A DNA stretch of 64,000 nt from Octopus bimaculoides. Taxonomy: Eukaryota. The notes below the pieces were generated by a model. It did not search any database, was not told the DNA's origin, and saw only the letters and a list, made by a program, of their open reading frames with translations. Location: NCBI RefSeq assembly GCF_001194135.2, contig NC_068981.1, positions 35,818,386 through 35,882,385 on the forward strand, given 5' to 3'. Position 1 is the stretch's first letter. Each line of letters begins with the position of its first letter. Of this stretch, positions 1 to 11,887 are shown piece by piece. The position numbers and the translations under genes are program-made.

Positions 1-820
1 AAGTTGTTTAATGTATGAATAATGAAATTATTTTTACCCCTTCTATCAGTATCCCTGACATTTTCTTTTGATGTGAAGATGCCTATTTCTCTTGGTTCTT
101 TTCAACAAGGTTTGAATGTGTTTCCAAATTCATGCAATAGGTTAGATTGCCAATGAGAGAGTTTTTACAGGTTGATCTGATTTCTAATATCAAATTATTC
201 AGAATAGGAAATATAACATTTTTAACCAAATAAAATATATAACTAATTAGTATTATTAACTTTGCTTTATGAGCAAATGAAAATGTGAGATTTACACTCT
301 GAAATTAGGACTCAAATTTATTTTAGAAGAGAAATTTACAATGGAAAATTTGATTTTGAAACATGAAATCCTCTTTAGTTTTAGACATATATGAATAATA
401 TTTTTACATACTTAAAAATATTTCTAATTATTTTCTTCTCAGAAAACTAAAACAAAGAATTTATTATTTGGAATACTCTGAGCTGGTCTTTTTTTGTAAT
501 TTAGTTTGTTTATTCTGTTGATCAACATATTAGCAACTGGTGAGTCATAAATTTTTTCCCCTTCTTCCTAAATGATTTATTACCAATACAAAATGAGGCA
601 AAAAGGGGAACCTGTATGTGATTCATTGACCTGCTACACATAGTAGTCCCACTTCCCTCAAATCAGCATCTACTGTCATGAATAAAATAAAGATGTTTTC
701 AATAATGTGCTTTTATATATATACATATGTTCATGGATGGAATACATTTGATCATGGATAGCTTAAAACTAAACAGCAACTACAATAACAACAACTATTA
801 GGACAAACTCTGTTACCATA

Positions 821-1226
821 TTGGGAATAACTAGCAAGCTAAACTTTAGATTTTGCTCTGTTTAATTTTTAGTTGAAGCTGTTATTTCAAATGTAAAAAG
901 AAAATTTTGTTATTTTCCCATCAATTCTTTTCAATCAAATTTGTTATTCATATGGACTTTCAAGAATTTTCTTAACTATCCATCATCTTTCATTTAATTT
1001 GAAAAATGTGTTGTTGTTTTTATATGATTTTGATATTGTAGAGAACCATATCAATTTGGCATGAGAAACAGTGCTATTCCCTGTGTACTCTTTAGTTGTC
1101 AATCAATTGTTTATATGTGAGTATTGAATGTTGGAAATGGAAAGCAAATGAATGAACTTAGTTAAAAGAATGGAATTTCTTCCAATATGTTACACTTAAT
1201 GGCAGTACATTACTGTACCACAACAT
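821..1226. repeat. Dispersed ~410-bp direct repeat, copy 1
   Basis: Colinear with 5367-5784 (e.g. agttgaagctgttatttcaaatgtaaa; ttgttattttcccatcaattcttttcaatc); roughly 80% identity by eye. Confidence 0.85.
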
Positions 1227-1914
1227 TATGTTTTATATGAAGAAAATGATGTGTTTGCAAGGGAGAGAGCGATCTTGCTTACATATATGCAGGTGTATCT
1301 ACACAAACACACACATAGATAGAGAGAAAGGAAGAGAAAAAGAGAGAGAGAGAGAGAGATCTATATATATATATATGATTATGTGTAGGTATATCTGTGT
1401 CTTTTCAACCAGAGCTCTTCTTGTGATTTCTCAGCAGCCTCTGCATAGTTCTTGATGGGTCTTCTGCTCACTCCTGTAATGCTTGTCCATCTCAACTGGC
1501 AAACACCTGGTTATTTCCCTATTCTTGTGACAGTCATCTGTATTTTGCTTTCTTCATCTCTTGCACCTATTCCAATCTTTCCTCCCGGGGCACAATTAAC
1601 TACAACAAGATTACCTGATGTGTTGCCTCTCAAACCAAGCTGATATCTAACCTCAACAAGGCTTGGGTGATAAGTGATGGAAAATGTTAGCAGCTTACTC
1701 CATCACTCAATCACTTGGGTCTTTTCTTTGACTGCTTTCCTTCTTCAGCAAAAGCTATTTTTCTGGCTGTATAGTGGGCATTTCTGTTGTCACGGATCTC
1801 CTTGCTGATTACCTCAGTGATGCTCTTGAAGATCTGATCATGTATCTACTATCCAACACTCAGTACTTTGGAGTAACTGTTTAGGATGTGTTTGAGCTCC
1901 TTTGAGAAAACACC

Positions 1915-2400
1915 TGCATGCTCAAGAGCTGTGGCCATACTAGGGCATCATTGTTAATTTTTCTACACTTGCATTTACTTAAAGACCTCCTCTGATATTT
2001 GACATTTGGTGAATGAGGGACTTTGATATTGCTGCTATCATTTGCATTTCCTGTCATAAGTTCATCTAGAACTCTTTACAACTGGAGATCCAGTGTTGTT
2101 TTGACGACACCTATATCTACCCCATGTAGGTCTTTCCAGCTTTTAGGGAGGGTACTGAAGAGTGGTGAGCCCTTGAAACCCAGGCTGCATCTTCATGGTG
2201 ATGTTGAAATCTTTGGCACTATGCAGTGGTGCCCCATTCTGGTGTTTGTGTTTCAATACCAAAGTTTGGTACAAGTCTTTCCAGGATTTTCCAGATGTAT
2301 ATCACTGCATGTCTTTTCTGCCTTTGTTTTAGGGAGATGAGTCTTAATTTCTTCAGCCTTTCCAAGTAGCTGACCTGTCACATTGAGATGGTCTTCTTTG
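1915..2400 (-). mobile_element. CR1-like LINE 3' fragment (same family as 29110-30420)
   Basis: Minus strand cagctacttggaaaggctgaagaaattaag...atgcagtgatatacatctggaaaatcctgga aligns with 29955-30050; tail gatgccctagtatggccacagctcttgagc. Confidence 0.8.
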
Positions 2401-2411
2401 TGTGTGTATAT

Positions 2412-2533
<122 letters not shown>

Positions 2534-3207
2534 CACTATACTGAATAGTATATATCTAGTACCAAGCTCTTACCTATCTATTGTTCTCTCACCAGAATGC
2601 ATTATTTATTTCTCCTCTTGCTATTTGCAGAACTGCTACCATTCACTTATGGAGTATTGCATAAGCATTCTTTCCTTCCTCTCACCATGGTGTATGACCT
2701 GACTATCCTTTCTGATCATGGATTTATCTAAAGGATACTTGATCTAACTAGATCGGACCCTCCCACCCTCCTGTACATAATGAACCACAACAAATATCAT
2801 TGATGAGAAACATTCTTCTACTGTCTAACTTAGAACTTTCCAATGACAGAATACCTAACTTATAGAATCTTTGCTCAATACAATGCCTCAATAGCAGGGA
2901 TATTCTAGAAACAGCTGTCAGAAACTATTTTTTTACCATTTGTTATGTAGCTAAATTAGATTGAATTAAATTAAATTAAATGTCCTTATGATGTCTTGTC
3001 TAATTGTTTGCCTTTCCTCACTACTTTAACATACATATATATTTATAAATATATATATATATATATGAAAATAATTATATATAAACTATCAGTATTATTT
3101 TTCCATATGTAAACTTTTTCAAAAATAGGCAATATTTATAGATCAAATGCAGACAGACTCACATATTCTATGTAACTTTCTTTTGCATGCATAAATACTT
3201 GTATAGG

Positions 3208-3273
<66 letters not shown>
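3208..3273. repeat. (CAT)n microsatellite, the tail of a minus-strand RTE end (3274-3302)
   Basis: Followed by tgtttaatgtccactttccatgctgg, the RTE tail motif. Confidence 0.9.
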
Positions 3274-3342
3274 TGTTGTTTAATGTCCACTTTCCATGCT
3301 GGTTATTATATATACAACTACAAACAGGCACACACATGTATA

Positions 3343-3388
<46 letters not shown>

Positions 3389-3598
3389 TACGCTCAACTA
3401 CACATCTATCTATCTTTTTAGGTCTCCCTTTCTCTCTTTCTCTGTCTATCTATCAATATGTATGTAAACATATCAATAACATTTGTCTTCTATGAAGATC
3501 AGAAATGATAACTCTACTGCTTTCCTTGCTAGTAAACTCCTCAACCAGCTAGTTTGCACTCATATATACATATTGTGTGTGTGTGTATGTGTAGAAAA

Positions 3599-3658
<60 letters not shown>

Positions 3659-4408
3659 NNNNNNNNNNNNNNNNNNNNNNNNNNNNNNNNNNNNNNNNNN
3701 NNNNNNNNNNNNNNNNNNNNNNNNNNNNNNNNNNNNNNNNNNNNNNNNNNNNNNNNNNNNNNNNNNNNNNNNNNNNNNNNNNNNNNNNNNNNNNNNNNNN
3801 NNNNNNNNNNNNNNNNNNNNNNNNNNNNNNNNNNNNNNNNNNNNNNNNNNNNNNNNNNNNNNNNNNNNNNNNNNNNNNNNNNNNNNNNNNNNNNNNNNNN
3901 NNNNNNNNNNNNNNNNNNNNNNNNNNNNNNNNNNNNNNNNNNNNNNNNNNNNNNNNNNNNNNNNNNNNNNNNNNNNNNNNNNNNNNNNNNNNNNNNNNNN
4001 NNNNNNNNNNNNNNNNNNNNNNNNNNNNNNNNNNNNNNNNNNNNNNNNNNNTATATATATATATATATATATGTACATACATTCATACATATACACTTTA
4101 ACATATGTTTGTGCCCACACATGTGTGTATTAATATATATATATCCTACAGTTGTATGAAACAATTGCATACTTTAGGTTAAAAGCAACCATAAAACGAC
4201 AAGCTAGGGCTTTTACAGCCATAAAGATGTGACATTTGTGTTATTCGCCTTCTAGATTGGCTACGAACCGAAGCTAATATGCGTAGTCTGACTATTGTTG
4301 CTGTTTCTGATAAGTTCAGAATTCCTGTTTGAAGTAGCTCTGTTAACTGCTACATCAAAAGCAAACTCTCTTTTACTTTTTCTTTCCGTCTTTCTCTTTC
4401 ACATGTAT

Positions 4409-4445
<37 letters not shown>

Positions 4446-4489
4446 TAGATTGAGAGATAAATAAATATATATATATATGCATGCATATA

Positions 4490-4548
<59 letters not shown>

Positions 4549-4592
4549 NNNNNNNNNNNNNNNNNNNNNNNNNNNNNNNNNNNNNNNNNNNN

Positions 4593-4645
<53 letters not shown>

Positions 4646-5366
4646 ATTAAAAATGCGAGTGATACATCTTATAAATATGTATATTTGCGTGTGCCTGTAT
4701 TCAGGTGCATTAGATGCTTCGCTGTACAGGAGTCTGAACAGGCTATTTTGCACAAACTAAATGGTGATAAACATATGCATTGCATTAAAAACACATGGTT
4801 GCACATCAGAGCATGGAGGTAGAGTGTTACATTTGCAAATGCGAGTCGACCAGTAGTACAACCTGTTACTGAATACAGCATAAAGACAAGCTTTCTTACT
4901 CTACACTCAAAGAACATTTTCATCAGTGGCTCTTCCTACTTTAACAACAATAAACTATCTCTGAGTTAGCAAGGAAACATTTATACAGTTGTGTGATCTG
5001 CTAGTAATAGCAGCCAAATCTGTTTCAAATTACATACTTTTTGTCCTAAAAACAGTAAGGATAAATTGTTTAATGTAGTGCTATATAATTTTTCTTCTTT
5101 GTATGTAATTTATAAGGAATAGACCATGACACTAAAAGACTGCTGTGCTGGACCAATCCTCTTCATTACTGGTCCCTATTTGTGATAAGGTTAATAGCGT
5201 CAGTGATTGTAATATTACATTTAGTTAGACCCTCATTAACTTTCCTTATTTGTTGAGGTGTTCAAATATGTTTGAAACTTAAGAGTGGCCAATATTAGAT
5301 ATTTTTTCTTAGTCTTATGAGAGAAAATGGTTATGAGTAACCTAAGGTTAAATAACTTACAACTAC

Positions 5367-5784
5367 TTGGGAATTGAGAGCAAGCTAAATTTTACATTTT
5401 GCGCTGTTTAGTTTTCAGTTGAAGCTGTTATTTCAAATGTAAATAGAAAACTTTGTTATTTTCCCATCAATTCTTTTCAATCCCATTTGTTATTCATATA
5501 GAATTTCGAAAATTTTCTTACTTTCCATCATCTTTCATCTAACTTGACATATGTGTTGTTATTTTTATATGATTTTCATGCTGTTACTGTTACTTGTAGA
5601 GAGTCATATCAATCTGGCATGAGAAGCAATGCTATTCCCTGCTCACTCTTTAATCATCAATCAATTGTCTATATGTGTGTATTGAATATTGGAAATATAA
5701 TAGAAATGAATGAATGCAGTCAAAAGAATAGAATTTCTTCCAATATGCAACACTTAATGACAGTACATTACTGAACTACAACAT
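5367..5784. repeat. Dispersed ~410-bp direct repeat, copy 2
   Basis: See copy 1; carries an additional short gttact-type insertion near 5580. Confidence 0.85.
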
Positions 5785-7399
5785 CAGGTCCCAGATACAC
5801 TTAAAAAAAGTAAACTAATAAAAAATAAAAATAACAACGGCACAATGGTTACAACTTCAGTATCTTTGATTGATCATATGTCTTCTAGAATAGGAACTGA
5901 TGTGGGGGCTGAATGACAGTAGCAATTAAGCCATCATGTCATGTTGTTTAGTTTTCATCACAAAGTTTCCATATTGGTTTTGTATTAACCATATTTACTT
6001 GGAATTTGCATGTTTGCATTATGAAAACATTCTTTCATTCTTTTACTTGTTTCTGTCATTGGACTGTGACTGATAATGCTCTGTTGTGAAGAAATTCGTT
6101 TTGGAGACATGTGATTCCAGATTCAGTCTCACTTTGTGGGACATTGGTCAAGTGTTTTCCAATAGAGCCCTGGGATGATCACTACCTTGTGAGATTTACT
6201 ACAGATATAAAAGATCAGGTTGCTAAGTTCGCTGCTGTAAGATGTATGAGCACTACATGAATGATAAGTAATTCTCTAATATGCAGTGTTGGGCTAAAAT
6301 CAGTATATGGTCAACTGTTTAGAAGATGGACACACTAGTAGTATTCAAAACATGGGCAAGACATGCACAAAACTGCACCTCAGTGGATGCTTTTAGACTT
6401 GTAAAATTATTTAATTAAATTACAATAAAGTACTTCTTTCAAGGATGCATTTTGCTTGTGTTACATAGTCTGGGATGTTAACCTCATCTTAACTACGGTA
6501 TTACTTATAGTAGACCATGTAATTTACCAAAATATACCAGTAGCCACAAAACACAATGCGATATAATCACCAACATGAACATGTTTTATTAGGTGACATG
6601 TTATATCATATCGATCCTGTCTATCTATATTTAAGTTTTCAATACAATGTGATTGAAAGTTAGTTTGATTACAAGGTATTTTGCTGTTGTTCACTTGGCT
6701 GGTGTCAATTTTTGAAGCAAAATTAGAGTATCATAAAAATATCTGTCTGAATTATTGAATTGCGCTGACATTTACCACTGGTTCAGGTAATAATAGACAC
6801 AAAATTATTTATTTGAGGAATTCTTAAGAAAAGATTTTCCATTACTGTATTTATTGTTAACTTCATTTGTTATTGCTTTCGTTATCTTCGACAAGTTTGG
6901 ATCAAAATAATCCTTAGTTATATTTGGTAGTTATGGTTTGTTCTGCTTCTTCTGTATATGACTGCATAAGCCACAACTTGACAAATTCATTAGTTTGCAC
7001 ACATATGTTTATGAGAAATATATATACATATACGTGTGTATGTGTATTATATATATGTGTATATATATAACAATAACACAAACATATACCTACTTACATA
7101 TATATATATACATACATATACATATACATACATACACATACATACATAAATGCAGAAGGAAGAAAAGAATGACCCTTTTGCTAGATATATTTTCAGAGAA
7201 GTTCTTGGTGGTGATGTTTATAGGAAGGAAGAGTAGAAATAAACCTATAATCTAGATGTATTTCTCAACCTACTATTAGCCACAGGCCACAACTGTAGTT
7301 GGAACAAGACTAAAAAGAAAGTGAAATTACGATGAAATAGTACTTTACATAGAGACATCAATATGAAAGAACATGTCTGGAAAGGATGGAAGAAATGAG

Positions 7400-8895
7400 G
7401 GTACAGGGAATAATATCAGACAGATAAAGTATGTGTAGCAAGAAAAAAGTAAGAGGCTTGGAAATTTTCTATGAAGTGAGTATCAGTGGAGTAAGATGTT
7501 TTGGATACAAAGTAGCATGTCAATATGAATCAAGATGTTCTCGACGAAAAGTATTTCAGGAAACGAAATATTACTATGAGAGGTTGCAGAATGTAAAGAA
7601 TGTTTGGGAGGAAAAAAGACTGCCAAAAGAATGACTAACTTTTGAAACTGATAGATATATAGACAAAATTCGGATTACAAATACGAAGCTCCTCTATGCT
7701 GATGACCTTGCTCTTATTGCTGAATCACTACCAGAACTAGAGAAGCAATTTCAAGTGTGGAAGCAAGGTCTGAAATTAAAGAGCCTTAGATTTAATTTAG
7801 CAAAGACCAAAGTCCAAGTAAGCAAGAAAAGTCAACTCACTGATCCCTACAAGGAAATTGCCCTGGTCAAGATGTAGAAATGGTGTCAGGAGAAACTCCA
7901 TACGGTGTACCCAGTGCAAGCTATGGACACATAAGTGATGCAGTGGTATCACAGGAAGATTAACAGGGAAAGCAGTCATTGTGTGTGGCAGATGTGTAAG
8001 TATATTAAACACTAGGAATGTACAGAAAGTACAATCACTCAAATGTCTGGGGTATCCTTAGAAGTAGAAGATAGTTTCTATTACTTAGGTGGCTAAGTTA
8101 GCAGTGGAGAAGGTAGTTCTGAAAGCATAATTGCTAAAATAAGAATGAGCTGGGCAAAGTTCAGAGAGCAGCTACCTTTGTTAGTAACAAAAGGCCTCTC
8201 CTTCAGAGTGAAAGGAAGCTTGTATGATGTTGTATATGAACTGCTATGCTACATGGCAGTGAGACATGAGTTGTGACTGCAGAGAACATGTGAAGGCTTG
8301 AAAGAAATGAACTCAATATGCTCCACTGGACAAGTAATATCAGTGTGCACGTAAGACAGAGCGTAAGTGATTTGGGAGAAAAATTGGATATACGAAGCAT
8401 CAGATGTAATGTGCAATAGAGAAAACTGAGTTGATATGGTCATGTGGTGCATATGGCTGAGGACAACTGCATCAAGAAGTACTGATCTCTAATTGTCATA
8501 GAAATGTGTGGAAAGGATCGACCCAGAAAGACATGGGATGAAGTGGTGAGAAAGGACCTTCAAACTTTGGGCCTCACAGAGGAGATGACAAAAGACAGAG
8601 ACTTCTGGTGGCTTGCTGTGCTTGAGGAGACATGTCAAGCTAAGTAAAATTGTGGCTGTCCACACATACAGACATGTCCTCTACATTCCTCTCTCAGCAG
8701 AGCGGTCCTAGTTTTGTGGGGTTGTGGGGGCTGGTATCATGTAGAAGTGCCCATGCTGGTGCTACATAAAAGTGGTCATAATGGTGCCATGTAAAAGTAC
8801 CTGTGCCAGTGCTACATAAAAAACACCCAATATACTGTGAAGTAGTTGGCATTAGAAAGGGCATCCAGCTGTAGAAAACATGCCAACGTAGACAT
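7400..8895 (+). mobile_element. Decayed RTE-clade LINE: RT and C-terminal region plus 3' UTR, internally deleted
   Basis: VWEEKRLPKE (about 7605); KLLYADDLALIAESLPELEKQFQVWKQGL..NLAKTKV (about 7690-7820); Cys-rich motif; RPRKTWDEVVRKDLQTLGLTEEMTKDRDFW (about 8520-8610); tail gttggcattagaaagggcatccagctgtagaaa. Confidence 0.9.
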
Positions 8896-8898
8896 GAA

Positions 8899-8935
<37 letters not shown>

Positions 8936-8941
<6 letters not shown>

Positions 8942-9075
8942 GGTGCTGAAAAGTTCCTGGCTTTGGGTAAAAAAGAAAATACTAGAGAATTAGTTAATTA
9001 TGATTTTATTCAATATATTTCTTAGATTCACACACTTATTGCAGCAATCCTTCAGTTTTTCTAAGTCCTGTAAAA
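8936..9075 (+). mobile_element. Mariner-like left-end fragment inserted at TA
   Basis: TA|TGAGAGGGTGCTGAAAAGTTCCTGGC resembles mariner TIR starts (TA CGAGGG...AAAAGT); no matching right end seen. Confidence 0.45.
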
Positions 9076-9426
9076 GCCTGTGTGAAACCATCCAACCTAT
9101 ATCAGTATGGAAAATGAAGTTAAATGATGATCATGATGATGATTGATGATGATGATCATGATGATACGTACATATAAATATATGTGTGCATGTGTGTGTG
9201 TATTTAGATAATGGCACTTACCAGACTAGTATTCAGGATTTTGAAATCATCATATAACAACACATTAATGTATATACATATACATTAATGAATTAAATAG
9301 GAACTAGTTAAGATGTAGTGTAAGTAATATTATTTAGTATATTTTGTAAACCATATAATTTAAAAGATAAAATGTGACATCTACCTTGAAGGGATTCAAT
9401 TCACAAATTATATTTATATGTGTGTA

Positions 9427-9476
<50 letters not shown>

Positions 9477-10324
9477 AATATATATCGTTATGTGTGTAAT
9501 ATATGTATGTGTGTTTATATGTAATTTATGTATGTATATATGTATATAATATGCATATACAAACACATATATTTGTAAATATATACATTGAGAGAGAGAG
9601 AGAGGGGGGGGACAGAAGCCAGTCAATGATTTTACTCTATCTTTCTCCTGAGTTTTTCAACACACACACAGAGTATGTTTATATGCTCCTTCAGATGATA
9701 TAGTGGCTGTGGAATATGATTACTGTTATATTTGTATGTAGAGTTGTAAGCTTAGTTTTCATTGTTTAAATCTGGTCAGTCAGTTGAGCGTGTTGCAGTT
9801 TGCAGGCCCACTTTGCCAGTGTTAATGTGGTTTAGAGAGGTGAAATAGGGTTGTCACCTTAAGGGCAATTATTCTGCAAAAGCTGACTGAAACTAGCTGA
9901 AGCTGATAAGTTTTATGCATTGCAATGTTTGGGCATTAGGAATTTTTCAAGCAGAATATTTACCACTGAGAGCAATTGGGTAACACTTTTGATCACCTGT
10001 TAAGAGATGTCTCAGATTACCTCAGGAAATAGTGCTTTTCAGTTTGATAAGTTCTACAGTTCTGTGCCTCTTTGAATGTATGGATTGACTCTGTGAATGA
10101 AGTCCCATTGTGTTGGAGGGCATGTTCTGCAGCAAACTCAGCAACTCTGGTATAAACTTAGTTTACATGGTCATGATATATAACTGTTACTTGATTAATC
10201 TAATATTAAGGTGTTATTCATCTTTTTTAGGAGAGTTTCAGGTCTACTACTGTTAGTATTGTATATGGAAATTAATTTCATAGTTAATGCTTGTGATATA
10301 TTATTTCCAATTTTACATGTCTGA

Positions 10325-10420
10325 TCTGTTTTTATCCATTTTTCTATTTGTTTTATCCATTTTTGTTTTATCCATTTTTATCCATATTTCTATTTGTTTT
10401 ATCCATTTTTCTATTTGTAA
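10325..10420. repeat. Degenerate minisatellite, unit about 21 bp (ttttatccatttttctatttg)
   Basis: Visible repeats with truncated units. Confidence 0.75.
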
Positions 10421-10954
10421 AATATCAAAAATCATTTGAGTATTTAAAACCTCATTATTCTTTATTTTTAATGAGAATGCAAAAACCATAGTGAATACAA
10501 AAGGTCAATGATAATAATCAGATGATAGAAACGTTGGCTGTTACATGCAAAAATGGTAAAGACATTGATTATAATAGGCAATGAGGATATATATGACATG
10601 ACAGATAGGTTCCAATGAAGCAATGTTCACAATGAGAAAGCATAGTCCAAATGGAATGCTAATTGCTTGACGAAACTTGTGTCATACACAGTTCTCAAAG
10701 TAGTTTTCTCCAGACATTTCAAATCTGAAGTCAGTTTCAGTTAATGCTTTGACTCAAACTGAAACACTGAATGTCTATTGGGGTAACCACAACAACATGC
10801 TAGGTAAAGATCCTATTCATTAATGCAAATGTGCTTAACTATCTCTTTATGTGAGGTACATCAGTCATCTACACCAGTTCATCAAACATCAATGTAGAAA
10901 CAGTAACTATTATATTAATAAAATAGTTATTGTGCTTAAAACCAGAAAATCACT

Positions 10955-11150
10955 TGATCTAGTTATAACAAACTAGAAGAAATCTAGTTATAACAAATTA
11001 GAAGTAATTTAGAAGTGTAACAGAACACACTAAAATCAATCTAGTTATAAGAAACAAGAAGCAATCTTATAATAAACTAGTAGCAAACTAATTATAATAA
11101 AGTAGAGGCAATTTTGTTAAAATAAACTAGAAAATTGTCTAAAGCAAACT
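10955..11150. repeat. Degenerate minisatellite, unit about 24 bp (atctagttataacaaactagaaga)
   Basis: Two near-perfect units followed by decayed units. Confidence 0.65.
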
Positions 11151-11602
11151 AAGAGCAACCTTGTTTTAAGGATACCAGTTCTGCTTTTGCTTAAGCCATG
11201 CCAGCATGGAAAACAATTATTAACAGATATTAAAATTAAATGAGTGAAGTGTGGGTGTGCTATAAAATGAAGAAACTATTTCTGGTAAACCAGCATGGCT
11301 GAAAATAGAAACAGTGTTGTCTGAATGGAGGTAAGATTACTGGAATATCAGATCAAATTTAAAATTACTTGCCACTAATTTCAATATCATTAGACCATCA
11401 TCATCCATGATATTGTGAAGACAACTATTTTGTGCACTATCTTTAATGTGGTTGGTAAAGAAGAAATTTGTATAAGTTTATAGATTTGAAAAAGTAATGG
11501 CTCAAAATCTTTGTCAATTACTGTTTTAGATATAGCTTTAATCTGTAATAAATTGAAATATTAACAGCAAGAAAGTTAGGAGATAGCAAATTTGTCTCTT
11601 AC

Positions 11603-11887
11603 CTTTTACTGTTAGATTTGCTTTTGACATTTTCATGTCCATGTCCAGTATTACCATACAGGTATAAACACCTGCATCTTGAAAAGTAACAGATTGTATT
11701 GTTATGTTTGTTTTTAGTTCATTTGTTTTGTATTTTTCAGTGTTTGTCAAATTAAGTATTACATCATTGTGTTTCCACTTAATTTCAAACTTCTTTAGTT
11801 CTAATGAATTTGGCATACATACAAAGTTTGTGTCTTCTCCGACATTTGCCACTTTGCTCTCTGGTTTGTTCTCAATATTCAAGTATG
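11603..11887 (-). CDS. Internal coding exon encoding one immunoglobulin (I-set/V-like) domain of an unidentified cell-surface or secreted protein
   Basis: Translation (x)YLNIENKPESKVANVGEDTNFVCMPNSLELKKFEIKWKHNDVILNLTNTEKYKTNELKTNITIQSVTFQDAGVYTCMVILDMDMKMSKANLTVK has the Ig B-strand Cys, C-strand Trp, the D-x-G-x-Y-x-C motif and an LTV G-strand. Acceptor ttttttctttctttcttgcag at 11888+, donor AAG|gtaaga at 11602. Length 285 nt (95 codons), phase 1-1 as is typical of Ig exons. Confidence 0.9.

Noticed and set aside
4235-4355. Terminal exon of the Ig gene (..NRATSNRNSELIRNSNNSQTTHISFGS*)
   Set aside because: The upstream sequence on the minus strand is purine-rich with no credible acceptor; the ORF is short and low in information.
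10325-11150. CRISPR-like repeat arrays
   Set aside because: The units are contiguous degenerate minisatellites without unique spacers, in a eukaryotic context.
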